This document shows positions 9,550 through 19,788 of a stretch of 64,000 bases of DNA, piece by piece (the stretch's first letter is position 1; every line of letters starts with the position of its first letter). Below the pieces are notes generated by a model that had not been told where the DNA came from, ran no database searches, and was given only the letters and a program-made list of their open reading frames with translations. The stretch lies in the NCBI GenBank assembly GCA_045863235.1, contig BTUM01000011.1:32001-96000 (forward strand), written 5' to 3'. The translations under genes were made by a program, and so were the position numbers. The DNA is from Candidatus Xenobia bacterium. Lineage in GTDB: Bacteria > Vulcanimicrobiota > Xenobia > Xenobiales > QWHO01.

Positions 9550-10857
9550 ATGAAGCAGTGGCATGAGTTTCGGGACCCTATCCATGGGTTCGTTCGTGTC
9601 GATTCGGATGAGCGGAAGGTCATCGACAGCAGACCGTTCCAGCGTCTTAGACACATCCACCAGTTGGCGCTGACCTATCTGGTCTATCCATCAGCGTCCC
9701 ATAAGAGGTTCGAACATTCTCTCGGCGTGATGGAGCTGGCGAGCCGGGTATTTGACGCCATTTTCTCCAAGTGGGATGATCCGGTCAAGAAACTTCTACC
9801 CAAGTTAATAGAAGACAAGAAGTTGAAATACTGGCGGACGGTCTTAAGACTGGCCGCACTCCTGCATGACATCGGTCATCTTCCCTTCTCCCATGCGGCC
9901 GAAGCGCAACTGCTTCCCGACGACTACGACCACGAGCGCATTGGTTGGGACCTGATCACAACTGATGCCAACTTGAAGACAGCTTTTGAAGGCTCCGATC
10001 CACCGGTGCGAAGCGAGGACGTTGCACGAATCGCGGTCGGGAAGGTGGATGGGCAGAGAGAGCTCGAGCCCCACGAGAAGCTCTTGAACAGCATTATCAC
10101 AGGAGATGCCTTCGGAGTTGATCGGATCGACTATCTTCTCCGTGATGCCCATCACTGTGGAGTGGCCTACGGTCGTTTCGACCATTACCGGCTCATCGAT
10201 ACCCTGTTAATCCTAATTGCTCCAAAAACAGGACAACCAGCGATCGGCGTGGAGCATGGTGGCCTCCAGGCGGCCGAATCACTCAATCTTGCACGGTATT
10301 TGATGTTCTCTCAAGTCTACCTCCACCCTGTTCGGCGGGCCTATGACAAGCATCTCCAGAGCTTTCTGAGCCTGTGGTTGGAAGAAGGCAAGTTCAAGAC
10401 GACTCCAGCCTGCTTTCTAGCGATCACCGATAACGAAATTCTGGCTGCAATCCACGAAGCGGCTTACGATGAAGGAAACAAAATGCACGGAGCGGCCCAA
10501 CGTATCTGGTGCCGTAATCACTTCAAAATCCTCTACCAGGCTGGACCCCAGGACGGTCCGGAAATGATGAAGCTGCTCGGCAAAGAAGCGGAGAACAAGT
10601 TCCCCGACGACGTTTTTCACGATGATTATCAAAAGAACAGCTCCGTGAACTTTCCAGTCTTGAAGCGGGACAACCAGGTCGGAGAGTCTCTGCAGGAGTC
10701 GCACGTTCTCAGAAACCTTCCTCCCATCGGCGTCAACGCGCTCATGGCCAGTTCAAATCTTGAAATCCAAAAGAAAATCAACGAGTGGCTCGTGCCGCGT
10801 TCAGCGGAGCTAAGAGCTGCATTCCCAAAGGAGAAACCAGATGACAAGAAGGCCTGA
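9550..10857 (+). CDS. HD-domain phosphohydrolase (YwfO/SAMHD1-like dNTPase family)
   Basis: RDPIHG, FQRLRHIHQL...YPSASHKRFEHSLG, LLHDIGHLPFSH, DRIDYLLRD and VYLH. Lower GC than the flanks. Confidence 0.9.
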   Translation: MKQWHEFRDPIHGFVRVDSDERKVIDSRPFQRLRHIHQLALTYLVYPSASHKRFEHSLGVMELASRVFDAIFSKWDDPVKKLLPKLIEDKKLKYWRTVLRLAALLHDIGHLPFSHAAEAQLLPDDYDHERIGWDLITTDANLKTAFEGSDPPVRSEDVARIAVGKVDGQRELEPHEKLLNSIITGDAFGVDRIDYLLRDAHHCGVAYGRFDHYRLIDTLLILIAPKTGQPAIGVEHGGLQAAESLNLARYLMFSQVYLHPVRRAYDKHLQSFLSLWLEEGKFKTTPACFLAITDNEILAAIHEAAYDEGNKMHGAAQRIWCRNHFKILYQAGPQDGPEMMKLLGKEAENKFPDDVFHDDYQKNSSVNFPVLKRDNQVGESLQESHVLRNLPPIGVNALMASSNLEIQKKINEWLVPRSAELRAAFPKEKPDDKKA

Positions 10858-11362
10858 CATTCAGATCCTGTTGGCTCTCATTCACGAGTGCCAGGAGCGG
10901 GAGGTTTCTCTGACGGAAACCACCGCACAGCAAATACTATTCCTCTATCAAGAGCTGAGCAACGACCAGGTGTTCCGTTTCGAGTGGAGCAGCTGGTCCC
11001 CCGAATGCTTCAATATCTTAGAAGTTCTCAATGAGCTAAGATGGTTCCAGCTGGCCCGGTACGAAACCTTGCCAGACGGATCCGCTACGCTTTGCCTTAC
11101 GAGCAAAGGCGTGTCACGACTTCAAGCATCGTCCCAAGAGCTTGGGAAGGCAATCGAAGACTATCTGGCATGGCCCTTTCAGCCATCCGGAAGCCTGGTG
11201 TCTGCGCTTTACATGCAGAGATATTGGGATAAGAAGATCTTCAAACAGGAGTTTGAGGCTCGTTTTCCCAATTTATCCGCCGAGAAAGTATTGCGGGAGC
11301 TCGCAACGTTGGCGAAGCCCATCGACAGCGAGGAGCGCCTCCCCGAGGAGGCCTGTGTCTAG
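10841..11362 (+). CDS. Small winged-HTH protein, YwgA/Panacea-like (divergent)
   Basis: Overlaps the HD gene end. T..QQILFLYQ...F.F....SP....L..L.....LTSKG resembles the YwgA pattern LQK..Y...F...YGP...LT..G. Confidence 0.5.
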   Translation: MTRRPDIQILLALIHECQEREVSLTETTAQQILFLYQELSNDQVFRFEWSSWSPECFNILEVLNELRWFQLARYETLPDGSATLCLTSKGVSRLQASSQELGKAIEDYLAWPFQPSGSLVSALYMQRYWDKKIFKQEFEARFPNLSAEKVLRELATLAKPIDSEERLPEEACV

Positions 11363-11988
11363 TCCCCGGCGCTTGAGCCGGGCACGCTTGCGTACGAGCT
11401 GGACGTCTTCGGTGAGCTTGCCATGCCGACACTGAGTCCGCACTGCTTGGTTGAGTGCACCGGGCGAGACAGATACCAAGTTCCAGTTCGAGGTGTCCTG
11501 GTACCAGTAGGGTACCAACTCCGCCAGAGTCTATGCCTCAAAGCAGAACTCAGACAAACAGCATAAAGAGACAAATTCTTTCAGGGAGCCATTCCAACAG
11601 TCACAACCGACCTCACCCCAACTCAGCCAAAGACCCCCATTGCGGACTCGTAATGAGCATGTCGGGCGTTCGAATCGCTCCCCGGCTCCAGCTTGGAAGC
11701 CCGCTACGGTGGGCTCTTTCATCGCAAAGCGCGGCAGCCAAAGTTGTGCCGGTTTCTGGCTCTGGGGACCTGGGGGGACCATTCTGCCGACCGGCCTGGT
11801 TATGGGCGTTGGGCTCGCTCGGAGGCGGAGGGCCTTTGTGCTCGCCAGCCGTTAGGTCAGCTGCGTGTCAGCCACGCCGGTCGCTTCCGCTTGTTCGATA
11901 TTGGGCAATAATCCATCAAGGGCAGCACTTTTTCCGCAAGAACGACCCCGGTCGACATCTTCGAAACTACGCTCACCGATCAGGCAAG

Positions 11989-13137
11989 CTACGGAGCGCC
12001 TGCGAGCTCTCGGTGGACCCAGGGAAACCGAATGAACTCCTGCTCCAACCGGAGCGAAGGCGCGTACCGATGGCGGACGAGGTCGAGGTACAGCTCTCGC
12101 TCCTCCGGGGTCAGCCGGAAAACATCCTCGGCGGTCGCCTTCTTCTCGGTGACCCAGCTCGACCGGTGCTCGAGCAGCGTGGCACGGTCCATCATGAGCG
12201 AGCGGGTCTGGGGAAAGTGCTCTCGCAAGCGATGGAGGATGGCGAACCCGTGCGTATCGATGTCGCCCCAGTAGTAGATGGGGCGGTCCTTGAGCCAGGT
12301 GGCGCGGTCCATCGTCTCGACCAGATAGCCCGACCCGAAGACCACCAGGCTGTCGGGCAGGCGCGGGAAGGCCAGCACGTTGATCTCGTTCTCCGCGATG
12401 AAGATGCGGCTGACGCTGGGCGCGAAGCGCGCGAACTCGTCGCGAGCCAGCGAGAGGTCGGTGAGCTCGGGGGGTAGCTCCTGGACACTGTCGAGCAGGC
12501 GAAAGCGCACGCGCGTTGGCTTCTGCAGGAACCCGAATCGCCCTTCGAAGTTGCCCGCCTCAGCGTCCACCGCCTCGGCCGGGAGCGCCAGCTCCAGCAG
12601 TTCGCGCAGCACCGTCTTGTGCTGCTCGATGAACTTGGTGTGGACGCCAGGGAAATCGACCTGCCGCACAAACACTCCGGGCCGCGGATTGACCTTTAGC
12701 CAAGACGTCACGTCCAGCAGGGAGGCCCAGCTGTCGGCCAGCTCCAGGGCCCTCAGCGGGCGGCGTAGGAGCCAGGGCAGCGCCTCCGGGCAGCGCGCCC
12801 GGGTCTCCTCGGTCAGGCACCGGAAGCGGGCCCAGTCGCGAGTCTTGCCGATGAGTGCCAGAGCCGCCTCTGGCGTGTCCAGCCAGACCCGCACGGGCAC
12901 CTCGTTGCGACCGATCACACGGTGGCGCACGCTGCGCATCTCCAAGCGATAGGCCGGGGAGCGCAGGCCCGCGATCCAATCCTGCACGGCGGCAAAGCGG
13001 CTGGCGAGCTCGTCTGAGGTCGGACCCTTAAGCGGGATGCGCAGCGGGAACAGCTGCTCCCCTTCCGCTAGGAGGCGCCCCTGGTCCCACAGCCTGCGAA
13101 CCCGCTTGCGCACCTCCGCCTGCGTGGTCCAGCTCAA
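11989..13137 (-). CDS. jetD: Wadjet JetD (DUF3322 + DUF2220 Toprim nuclease)
   Basis: GVHTKFIEQH, IAENEIN, FGSGY, YWGDIDTHGFAIL and RLEQE. TTG start overlaps the jetC stop. Confidence 0.93.
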   Translation of the reverse strand: MSWTTQAEVRKRVRRLWDQGRLLAEGEQLFPLRIPLKGPTSDELASRFAAVQDWIAGLRSPAYRLEMRSVRHRVIGRNEVPVRVWLDTPEAALALIGKTRDWARFRCLTEETRARCPEALPWLLRRPLRALELADSWASLLDVTSWLKVNPRPGVFVRQVDFPGVHTKFIEQHKTVLRELLELALPAEAVDAEAGNFEGRFGFLQKPTRVRFRLLDSVQELPPELTDLSLARDEFARFAPSVSRIFIAENEINVLAFPRLPDSLVVFGSGYLVETMDRATWLKDRPIYYWGDIDTHGFAILHRLREHFPQTRSLMMDRATLLEHRSSWVTEKKATAEDVFRLTPEERELYLDLVRHRYAPSLRLEQEFIRFPWVHRELAGAP

Positions 13138-16100
13138 GTCTGTCGGGCTTCCTTGAGGGCCTGGTACTCCTCGATCGTGAGATTCTGGAGCAGCGACTCG
13201 CGCCCGTCGCGATTGGAGACGAATCCCACGCAGGAGACGTAGGGCTCGATGATGTGGATCTTTTGCAGCGGCGTCACGATGAGGAGCTGGATGTTCAGCT
13301 TGCGAAAGAGGTCGAGCCCGAACTGAGCCGACTCGTCGGAGGCGCGCCCGAAGGCCTCGTCGATGACCACGAAATGGAAGCTGCGCGAACGCTCCGTTCC
13401 GAGCTCCATGTTGAACTGGTAGACCAGACTGGCGGCCAGAATGGTATAGGCCAGCTTCTCCTTTTGCCCCCCGGACTTGCCGGACGAGTCGCTGTAGTGG
13501 TCGAACTCCGAGTCGTCCGCGCGATACCGTTCCGAGGCCGAGAACGTGAACCAGTTGCGCACGTCGGTCACCTTGCGGGTCCAGCGCTTGTCCAGGTCCG
13601 ACTGCCCTTCCCGGCCCCGGAACCGCTCGATGATGCCCCGCACGCGCAGGAACTTCGTCTCGGAGTATTGCTCCTCGTCCGAGCCGGTGAGCGCCCCTTC
13701 AGTGCAGCTGCGCAGCTCGGACTGGAAATCGCGGATCTCCGCGTCAGTCGTGGACTTGGGAACGAGTTTGATGTAACGGCCCGGCGTGTAGTCGATATCC
13801 TGCAGGGAGCGGTTGATCTGATCGATCCGCTCATTGATGCTCTCGCGCTCCTTGGCGAGCTGCGACTGGAAGTTGGCGATCTCGCGGATGGTGTTCTCGT
13901 TGAGCAACTCCTTGAAGCGGGCTTCAAAGCGAGGCAGATCGTCCTCGTGCAAACGGATCAGGAGGGCGCGATACTCCACCGCCGCCTCCACGCTGGCATC
14001 CATCTCATGGCTCTCCAGCGGGAAGGCCTCGCGGAAGTCGGTCATGCGCAGGAGCACTTTCTCGCGCAACGAGGCGACCTGCTTGCTCTCCGAATCGATC
14101 CTGCCTTGCAGGTGCTCGCGCACCTCGCGTTCGCGGGCGTCACACGACTTGAGCGAGAGCTCGACCAGTCCCAGTTCCTTGGTCCGCAGCGCCTCCAGGC
14201 GCGGGAACTGCGCGCTCTGCTCGTCGGTGGGCAACGGCAGCTCGGCGAGCAGCTCGCGCGCGCTCAGCGACTTGTCCTCCGTGACGCGGAGATCACCCCT
14301 TTCGTCCGTGAGCCGGTGGCGGGTTTCCGTCAGCTGCCCTTCCAGCTCGGCCAGCTGCCGGGTGAGCTCGCGCAGCAGGTCGGAGGCCTTCTCGAGCGCC
14401 GCCCGCTGCTCCTCGAGCGCGGCGATCTCCAGCACCACCGGCTGCCAGTCCAGCTCGCGGTAGTCAGCGTACTCGTCTAGTTTGCCCAGCGCTGTCAGCA
14501 CTTCTTTGAGTCGACTGGCCTCGCTCTTGAGCCTGGCCACCGTGGCCCCGTGCCCGGCGATGACCGCTTCGAGATCCCGGCGCTGCTTGTCGAGCGCTGC
14601 GATCTTCGCTTCGTTGGACCAGCCCAGCACGAACCGACTGCGATCGTTGAGGGCGTGCCGGTCGTCCTTCTCGTGCTTGCCGTCGGGCGACTTCACCTGG
14701 CCCGCCCGCGTGACGGCTTTCGATTCCCGGCGGAACTGCTCGATGCTGCTGCTGCAGACATGGTCGAAGCGCCGGCGGAGTTCGCTCTCCAGCCAGCCGA
14801 AGTGAGGCGTGTCTGGCTTGAGCTCCAGCTTGCCCGCCAGCGTCTGCACGGGCAGCCCCGGGCGCGAGGAGACCGGGGCGGCCAAGACCTTGTAGTAGAC
14901 CAACCGGCCCCGCAGGCGTGTGCGGTCGACCCACTCCGAGACCTGCGCGTAGTGGCGCTCGGGCACCAGCAGAGACAGCGCGAAGTTGCGCAAGAGGCGC
15001 TCGGCGGCACCCTCCCAGTCCCTCTCGTCGTCGCGCACCTGGACCAGCTCTCCCGCGAAGGGCAGGTCGCGCTCGGCCAAGCCCAGCTCGCCGCACAGGT
15101 AGGCCCGCGTCTCGATCTGGGCCTGCTCGATATTGCTGCGCCGGGCTCGCAGGCCGCGCAGCTCGACCTCCAGCGCCTGATGCTCCGAGCGCTTCTGCTT
15201 GAGCTCGAACTCCGTCTCGCTGAGCTCATTCTCCCGCTCGGCCACGAGGGCTTCGTTCTGCCCGCGCAGGCGGCCGCACTCGTCGCGCTGGCGGCTGAAG
15301 TCCTCCAGCGTCTGGGTGACCGCCAGCCCCGCCGTGCGTGCCAGCTCCGCGTAGCGCCCGTGTCGCTTCTGGCGCCGCTCCTGCTCCTTGACCCTGTCCG
15401 CGATCTCGCCTTTCAGGCGCTCCAGGCGATCGCCGCCGTTGTCTGAGATGGCCCGTTTCAGCTCTCCCTGGCGACGCTCCTGACGCGCCTGCGTCTCCTC
15501 GAGCTCGGCGATCTGGACCTGGAGCTTTCCCGTCTTGAGGCCCAGGTTCCCGAGACGCTCCTCTAAGAGCCCGCGTTTGAGGCTCCCGAAGTAGGCCTTC
15601 AGGCTGTCGCGGCCGAGCTTCATCTCCTCGACCTCGGCCAGCAGAGCCGTGAGTGCGTCGCAGTCCCCAACCAGGGGAGCCAACTTCTCCACCTGGGCCC
15701 GGGCCCGCAGGACCGCTTCGTGAGCGCGATTCAGGTTGTCGAAGTGGGCGATCAGGTCGCCAATGCGGGCTTCCACTTCGAATTCCTCGAGCATGTGCTG
15801 GCGGACGAAGTCGGTCAGGTTCCCCACTGACTTCATCGAGACGGTCTGGTGAAACAGCTCCAGAGCTTGCTCTGACTGGATGCCGAAGCGCCGCCGGAAG
15901 TGCGCCGAGTAGCTCGAGAAGCTGTCGAACAGCTCCACCTTCTGAGCTTTGAGCCGTTTCTTGAGGGCCGCCACCTCGCTGCCGAAGTTGGCGAAGTGCT
16001 CGCGGATGGTCAGCCCCTCGTCGGCCACCGCGTAGAGGCGCTCCGGCTTCCCCCCGACCTCTCGCATCCAGAAGACCTGCGCCAGCGTGACCGTCTGGCG

Positions 16101-16496
16101 GTAACCGCGATTGCGAAAAACGCCCAGGATGACCGAGTAGCTGTTGTGGTCGCGCAGGCCGACGGGCTTAGCGGAGGAGCTCGTGTCCGCCAGCTCGGAC
16201 TTGTAGTAGCCCAGCACGTAGGAGCGCAGGCTGCGCTCCTTGGCGTCGGCCCCGGCCGCCTTGTTGAACTGCACGCGGTGAGCCGGAACCAGCAGCGTGG
16301 TGATAGCGTCCACCAGCGTCGACTTGCCCGAGCCGATGTCGCCGGTGAGGAGTGCATTCCGCCCCGTCGGGCGAAAGGCCCAGGCGCGCTGGTCGAACGT
16401 GCCCCAGTTGTACACCTCGAAGCGCTCCAGGCGGAACCCCGCCAGGTTTGGCTCGTTCTCCGCCTCGAGCAGGCTATGCAGCAGCTCGTCCATCAT
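13134..16496 (-). CDS. jetC: Wadjet JetC, SMC-like ATPase
   Basis: NWGTF, Walker A GDIGSGKS, long coiled coil, signature KSGGQKEKL and Walker B IDEAF. Confidence 0.95.
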   Translation of the reverse strand: MMDELLHSLLEAENEPNLAGFRLERFEVYNWGTFDQRAWAFRPTGRNALLTGDIGSGKSTLVDAITTLLVPAHRVQFNKAAGADAKERSLRSYVLGYYKSELADTSSSAKPVGLRDHNSYSVILGVFRNRGYRQTVTLAQVFWMREVGGKPERLYAVADEGLTIREHFANFGSEVAALKKRLKAQKVELFDSFSSYSAHFRRRFGIQSEQALELFHQTVSMKSVGNLTDFVRQHMLEEFEVEARIGDLIAHFDNLNRAHEAVLRARAQVEKLAPLVGDCDALTALLAEVEEMKLGRDSLKAYFGSLKRGLLEERLGNLGLKTGKLQVQIAELEETQARQERRQGELKRAISDNGGDRLERLKGEIADRVKEQERRQKRHGRYAELARTAGLAVTQTLEDFSRQRDECGRLRGQNEALVAERENELSETEFELKQKRSEHQALEVELRGLRARRSNIEQAQIETRAYLCGELGLAERDLPFAGELVQVRDDERDWEGAAERLLRNFALSLLVPERHYAQVSEWVDRTRLRGRLVYYKVLAAPVSSRPGLPVQTLAGKLELKPDTPHFGWLESELRRRFDHVCSSSIEQFRRESKAVTRAGQVKSPDGKHEKDDRHALNDRSRFVLGWSNEAKIAALDKQRRDLEAVIAGHGATVARLKSEASRLKEVLTALGKLDEYADYRELDWQPVVLEIAALEEQRAALEKASDLLRELTRQLAELEGQLTETRHRLTDERGDLRVTEDKSLSARELLAELPLPTDEQSAQFPRLEALRTKELGLVELSLKSCDAREREVREHLQGRIDSESKQVASLREKVLLRMTDFREAFPLESHEMDASVEAAVEYRALLIRLHEDDLPRFEARFKELLNENTIREIANFQSQLAKERESINERIDQINRSLQDIDYTPGRYIKLVPKSTTDAEIRDFQSELRSCTEGALTGSDEEQYSETKFLRVRGIIERFRGREGQSDLDKRWTRKVTDVRNWFTFSASERYRADDSEFDHYSDSSGKSGGQKEKLAYTILAASLVYQFNMELGTERSRSFHFVVIDEAFGRASDESAQFGLDLFRKLNIQLLIVTPLQKIHIIEPYVSCVGFVSNRDGRESLLQNLTIEEYQALKEARQT

Positions 16497-17050
16497 ACCT
16501 CCGCGTAGGCCGCCAGGCGGCCTTCCAGCTCGCTCAGCCACTGCGCATCCACGAACGCCTTCAGGATGCGGCGCACCTCGTATTCCTGCTCTTTGAGGCG
16601 CTTGACGAAGCCCATGTCGATCAGCTTATTCAGGTCGGCTTCCACCTTGTCGACCCGCTTGGCGTCGTTGCTGCCCTCCGGCTGGAAGAGGCGCACCAGC
16701 TCGCCGATCTCGTCGCGGCGCAGAACAAGCCGGGTCGACCCTCCCGCCGCGTCGAGCTCGGCCAGCTTGCGCCGCAGGAGAGCGATGAGCAGGCTGAGCG
16801 ACCAGGTGAGCTGCCTCTTCACCACCAGGCGGGGCAAGGGCGCCTCGTCCTCCCCCCGCGCGCGCTGCCGGAGGAAGGCATATCCCTCCGATTCGTCCAG
16901 GAAGAGCTCCAGACCCATCACCTTGACGTAGTCCCGCACGGCCGACTGGAGGTTCAGCAGGCCGGACCACACCGCCGGGTCCTGGTCCTGGTAGACTACC
17001 CCTTTGAGCAGTGGGATGACAATTCCCGACAGTTCCGCTACCGGCTGCAC
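16493..17050 (-). CDS. jetB: Wadjet JetB (DUF4194)
   Basis: LLKGVVY, L.LDESEGYAFLRQ and EVRRILKAFVDAQWL. Lies between jetA and jetC. Confidence 0.92.
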   Translation of the reverse strand: MQPVAELSGIVIPLLKGVVYQDQDPAVWSGLLNLQSAVRDYVKVMGLELFLDESEGYAFLRQRARGEDEAPLPRLVVKRQLTWSLSLLIALLRRKLAELDAAGGSTRLVLRRDEIGELVRLFQPEGSNDAKRVDKVEADLNKLIDMGFVKRLKEQEYEVRRILKAFVDAQWLSELEGRLAAYAEV

Positions 17051-18495
17051 ATCGACCTCACGAAAATCACTCGGGGAAGCTCCGCCATCTTGCGCTTCTG
17101 CTCCGCGTCCGTCCAGGAAATCTTTTCAAGGCCGGATTCGTCGATCATCGCCCGGTTCTCCTCCGTAGCCAGCCACAGGTAGCCCACCAGCTCGGCCAGC
17201 CCGTGCTCGAGCGGGTGCTCCTGGATCAGCTCCCCGAGGCTGACCTGGGTCCGGCTGCCCAGGGCGGTCCGCACCCGGTCGGCGAGCTTGGCGCGATCGA
17301 CCACGATCTGGTCGAAGAGTCTGCGGGTATCCAGTTGCGCCTCGCCCGCCTCGAGCTGGTCCGAGGTCAACTTCACCTTCAGGGGCGGGGTGTACAGCGG
17401 TCGGTCCATGGGCAGCTCGATGTCCACCCTGGACTCGTCGAGGGTCATGAACTCCCCTTCGGGGGGACGCTCGCGGACTTTGAGCGCTTGGCCCTCGATG
17501 CTCTTGAGGATCTCCAGGATGCGCCTGTTCTCCATGAAGGCCTGGTCGTCAAGGAATCGACGCAGTTGCTGGGAGAGCGTCGCCACCATGCGCTGGGTGT
17601 GCTCTCCGGCCGTGAGCCAATCGTAGTGGACGCGGCGCAGGCGCGCGTCCGGCTTGAGCGAGGCGACGGCTGGCAGGGCCAGAACCTTCTCGAGCATCGA
17701 TCCGAGCTCTTCCTGCTTGCTCTGAGACATCAAGAAGTCCCAGAAAGCCTGAAAGCTGCGTCCCTGGTCCGAGTCCGTGATCGCGTCGCGCTCGCCCAGG
17801 ATCTCGTCGAGCAGAGCTCCCTTCGTCCCGTCCCAGAGGGCGATGCGCTCGCGCACGCTGCGGTCGAGCTTGCGGAAATTCTCCTCCACCTCGCGGAAGT
17901 CGCCCAGCAGCTGACGGGCCGTGGCCGAGAGCTGGAGAAAGCGGTCCTTGAGCCCAGTATCGTCCAGTAGGTCCAGGTCACCCTGGTGGAGACGGTCGAT
18001 TTCGAGCTGGAGCTCGGCCTGCTTGTTGCGCAGCTCCTGGACGCGGGCCTTGGGGTCGGTTTCTGTGCCCTCGATCATCTCGCGCAGCAGGGCAAAGACG
18101 AGCATGAGACGGGACTCCGTGCCCACGAAGTGGCGCTCGAGCAGTTGGGCGAGCCAGGCAATGGCTTTCTCGCTGGCCGGAGTCAGGTCGTAGGACGGCT
18201 CGTCCTGGCCGGGGGGGTAAAACTTGCGCAGCCAGCCTTTGTCGTCCTGGGCCCAATCGTCGAGGTAGGCCGTGGCGGAGCGCGGGAACTTGTCCTCACC
18301 GTGGACCTGACGCAGGTGGAAGAGCTCGTCCTCGAGCTTCTCCTTCAGCTCCGACAGTGGGAGACTGCGGACGTTGGGGACCAGGAAGACCCGGTGCAGA
18401 AAGCTTGTCACGAGTGGGGCAAGATCTGCCCGGAGAAAGTTCCAGGCCGGGTGGTGGAGTCGCATGGCCTCTAAGGTCTTGTAGTCGAGCTGCAC
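17038..18495 (-). CDS. jetA: Wadjet JetA (DUF3375)
   Basis: DYKTL...HHPAW..LRAD.APL, GWLRKFY, FVGTESRL, SDQGRSF.AFWDFL and GLAELVGYL. Start is GTG 18495 or ATG 18540. Confidence 0.93.
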   Translation of the reverse strand: MQLDYKTLEAMRLHHPAWNFLRADLAPLVTSFLHRVFLVPNVRSLPLSELKEKLEDELFHLRQVHGEDKFPRSATAYLDDWAQDDKGWLRKFYPPGQDEPSYDLTPASEKAIAWLAQLLERHFVGTESRLMLVFALLREMIEGTETDPKARVQELRNKQAELQLEIDRLHQGDLDLLDDTGLKDRFLQLSATARQLLGDFREVEENFRKLDRSVRERIALWDGTKGALLDEILGERDAITDSDQGRSFQAFWDFLMSQSKQEELGSMLEKVLALPAVASLKPDARLRRVHYDWLTAGEHTQRMVATLSQQLRRFLDDQAFMENRRILEILKSIEGQALKVRERPPEGEFMTLDESRVDIELPMDRPLYTPPLKVKLTSDQLEAGEAQLDTRRLFDQIVVDRAKLADRVRTALGSRTQVSLGELIQEHPLEHGLAELVGYLWLATEENRAMIDESGLEKISWTDAEQKRKMAELPRVIFVRSMCSR

Positions 18496-18828
18496 AGATT
18501 TGCGGAATTGGCCCCGAGCGGCGGGTCTCCTGTCGAACATGGCTTTACTGTGTCATGGAAGGGTGACAGGTAGTGTCATTGCGCCAGGGATCAAGCTGAG
18601 CAACCAATTCGGGACAGCGAACAACTGGGCCGTGTGATTGACCCGCGAAATGTTGATCGCTGCAGTGCCTGCCGTCGTTGACACCGCGGAAGGCTACACT
18701 CGCAGCGCCATAACACGCGGCGTCTGGCGGGTCGAAAAGCACGGTCATTTGTTGAGGGTTATCAAGGAACCAGCAGGCCTCAATTTTCCCCTGCGCATTT
18801 CGCAGCGCGTCGGGAAGTTAAGACTCGT

Positions 18829-19785
18829 TCATTGGACGTTGATCAGAGTTTCGAGCCGCCGAAGCTCAGTTACCAAGTCGTCAAAAGTAGGCGGCACCTC
18901 ATAAAACATCACCTGCATTTGGGAGTAGTCCTCGCGCAAGCTTGCCAGCTGCGCTTCGCTCGGCACGAGCCTGAGGGTGCCCGGTCTAGCCAGGTCGTAG
19001 CGTGCCTTGCCTGATCGAAAGAGAAGATTCTTGTCTTGAGCCACAGTTTCAAGCATTCCGATGTCGGCAAGTGCCTGAGCTCCGAGTTCATGCCGAGCAA
19101 GCTTCACAAGATCGTAATAGTGACGGGACTTTCGGTGGCCGATGGCCTCGTTCGCCGAGTGGTAGCTGTGCAGGATGGTTGCCTTCTCCCAGAATGTCCG
19201 AACTGCCGACAGCACCCTGACTCTCGGGTGCGGGAAACGGATGTCTGGGAAATATTCTGCCAAGTCGACAAGAAGCTCCCTGAGTTCCGAAGGCTCCGTG
19301 GGGTTCCGTCCGCCAAGTTCGACACGGACAGTGTCCACCAAGTAGCCAGTAGGGGCGTCGAGCACCGTGGGATAGTAAATGATCACAATCTCGCCGGCCA
19401 GCTCAGCCCGTAGCTGGGAGATTTCCAGACCTTCAAAGAGGGGCAGGATTTCTTCACGAGCCACCCGGCGCAATTCTTGGTCCAGCGCCTCCAGAGCCTT
19501 CTCGCGCTTGGACTGTGAAGGATACTCCTCTCGGAATCCGAGGGCCTTCCGATCCACCGTAATGTCAATGTCTTCGGAGAAGCGGTCGATAACGCCGTAA
19601 GCCTTTGAGAGCGAAGTGCCACCCTTGAAGGTGAGCTCCGGCAAACCTCCGGCCGTGAAGAGCCGCTCAAGAACCCAACAGACCCAGAAGTCCTTCTCCA
19701 GAAGACGCGGCGAGCGCCCGGTAAGCTCCGAACCGCGAAGAAATACTGCTGAGCGCTCATCCTTGTTCAGATTAAGAAAATCCAC
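18829..19785 (-). CDS. abiEii: AbiEii/AbiGii nucleotidyltransferase toxin (type IV TA)
   Basis: EKDFWV, FKGGTSLSK, RFSEDIDI, WEKATILH and RHYYDL. Confidence 0.9.
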   Translation of the reverse strand: MDFLNLNKDERSAVFLRGSELTGRSPRLLEKDFWVCWVLERLFTAGGLPELTFKGGTSLSKAYGVIDRFSEDIDITVDRKALGFREEYPSQSKREKALEALDQELRRVAREEILPLFEGLEISQLRAELAGEIVIIYYPTVLDAPTGYLVDTVRVELGGRNPTEPSELRELLVDLAEYFPDIRFPHPRVRVLSAVRTFWEKATILHSYHSANEAIGHRKSRHYYDLVKLARHELGAQALADIGMLETVAQDKNLLFRSGKARYDLARPGTLRLVPSEAQLASLREDYSQMQVMFYEVPPTFDDLVTELRRLETLINVQ

Positions 19786-19788
19786 GGA

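Noticed and set aside
11363..11988. Integron attC or ncRNA in the 600-bp gap (GTTAGG at ~11851)
   Set aside because: No matching RYYYAAC at a suitable distance with a paired stem, and no integrase.
18560..18830. Plus-strand frame with one internal TGA between jetA and abiEii
   Set aside because: Could be a gene remnant, but no motif is recognisable.
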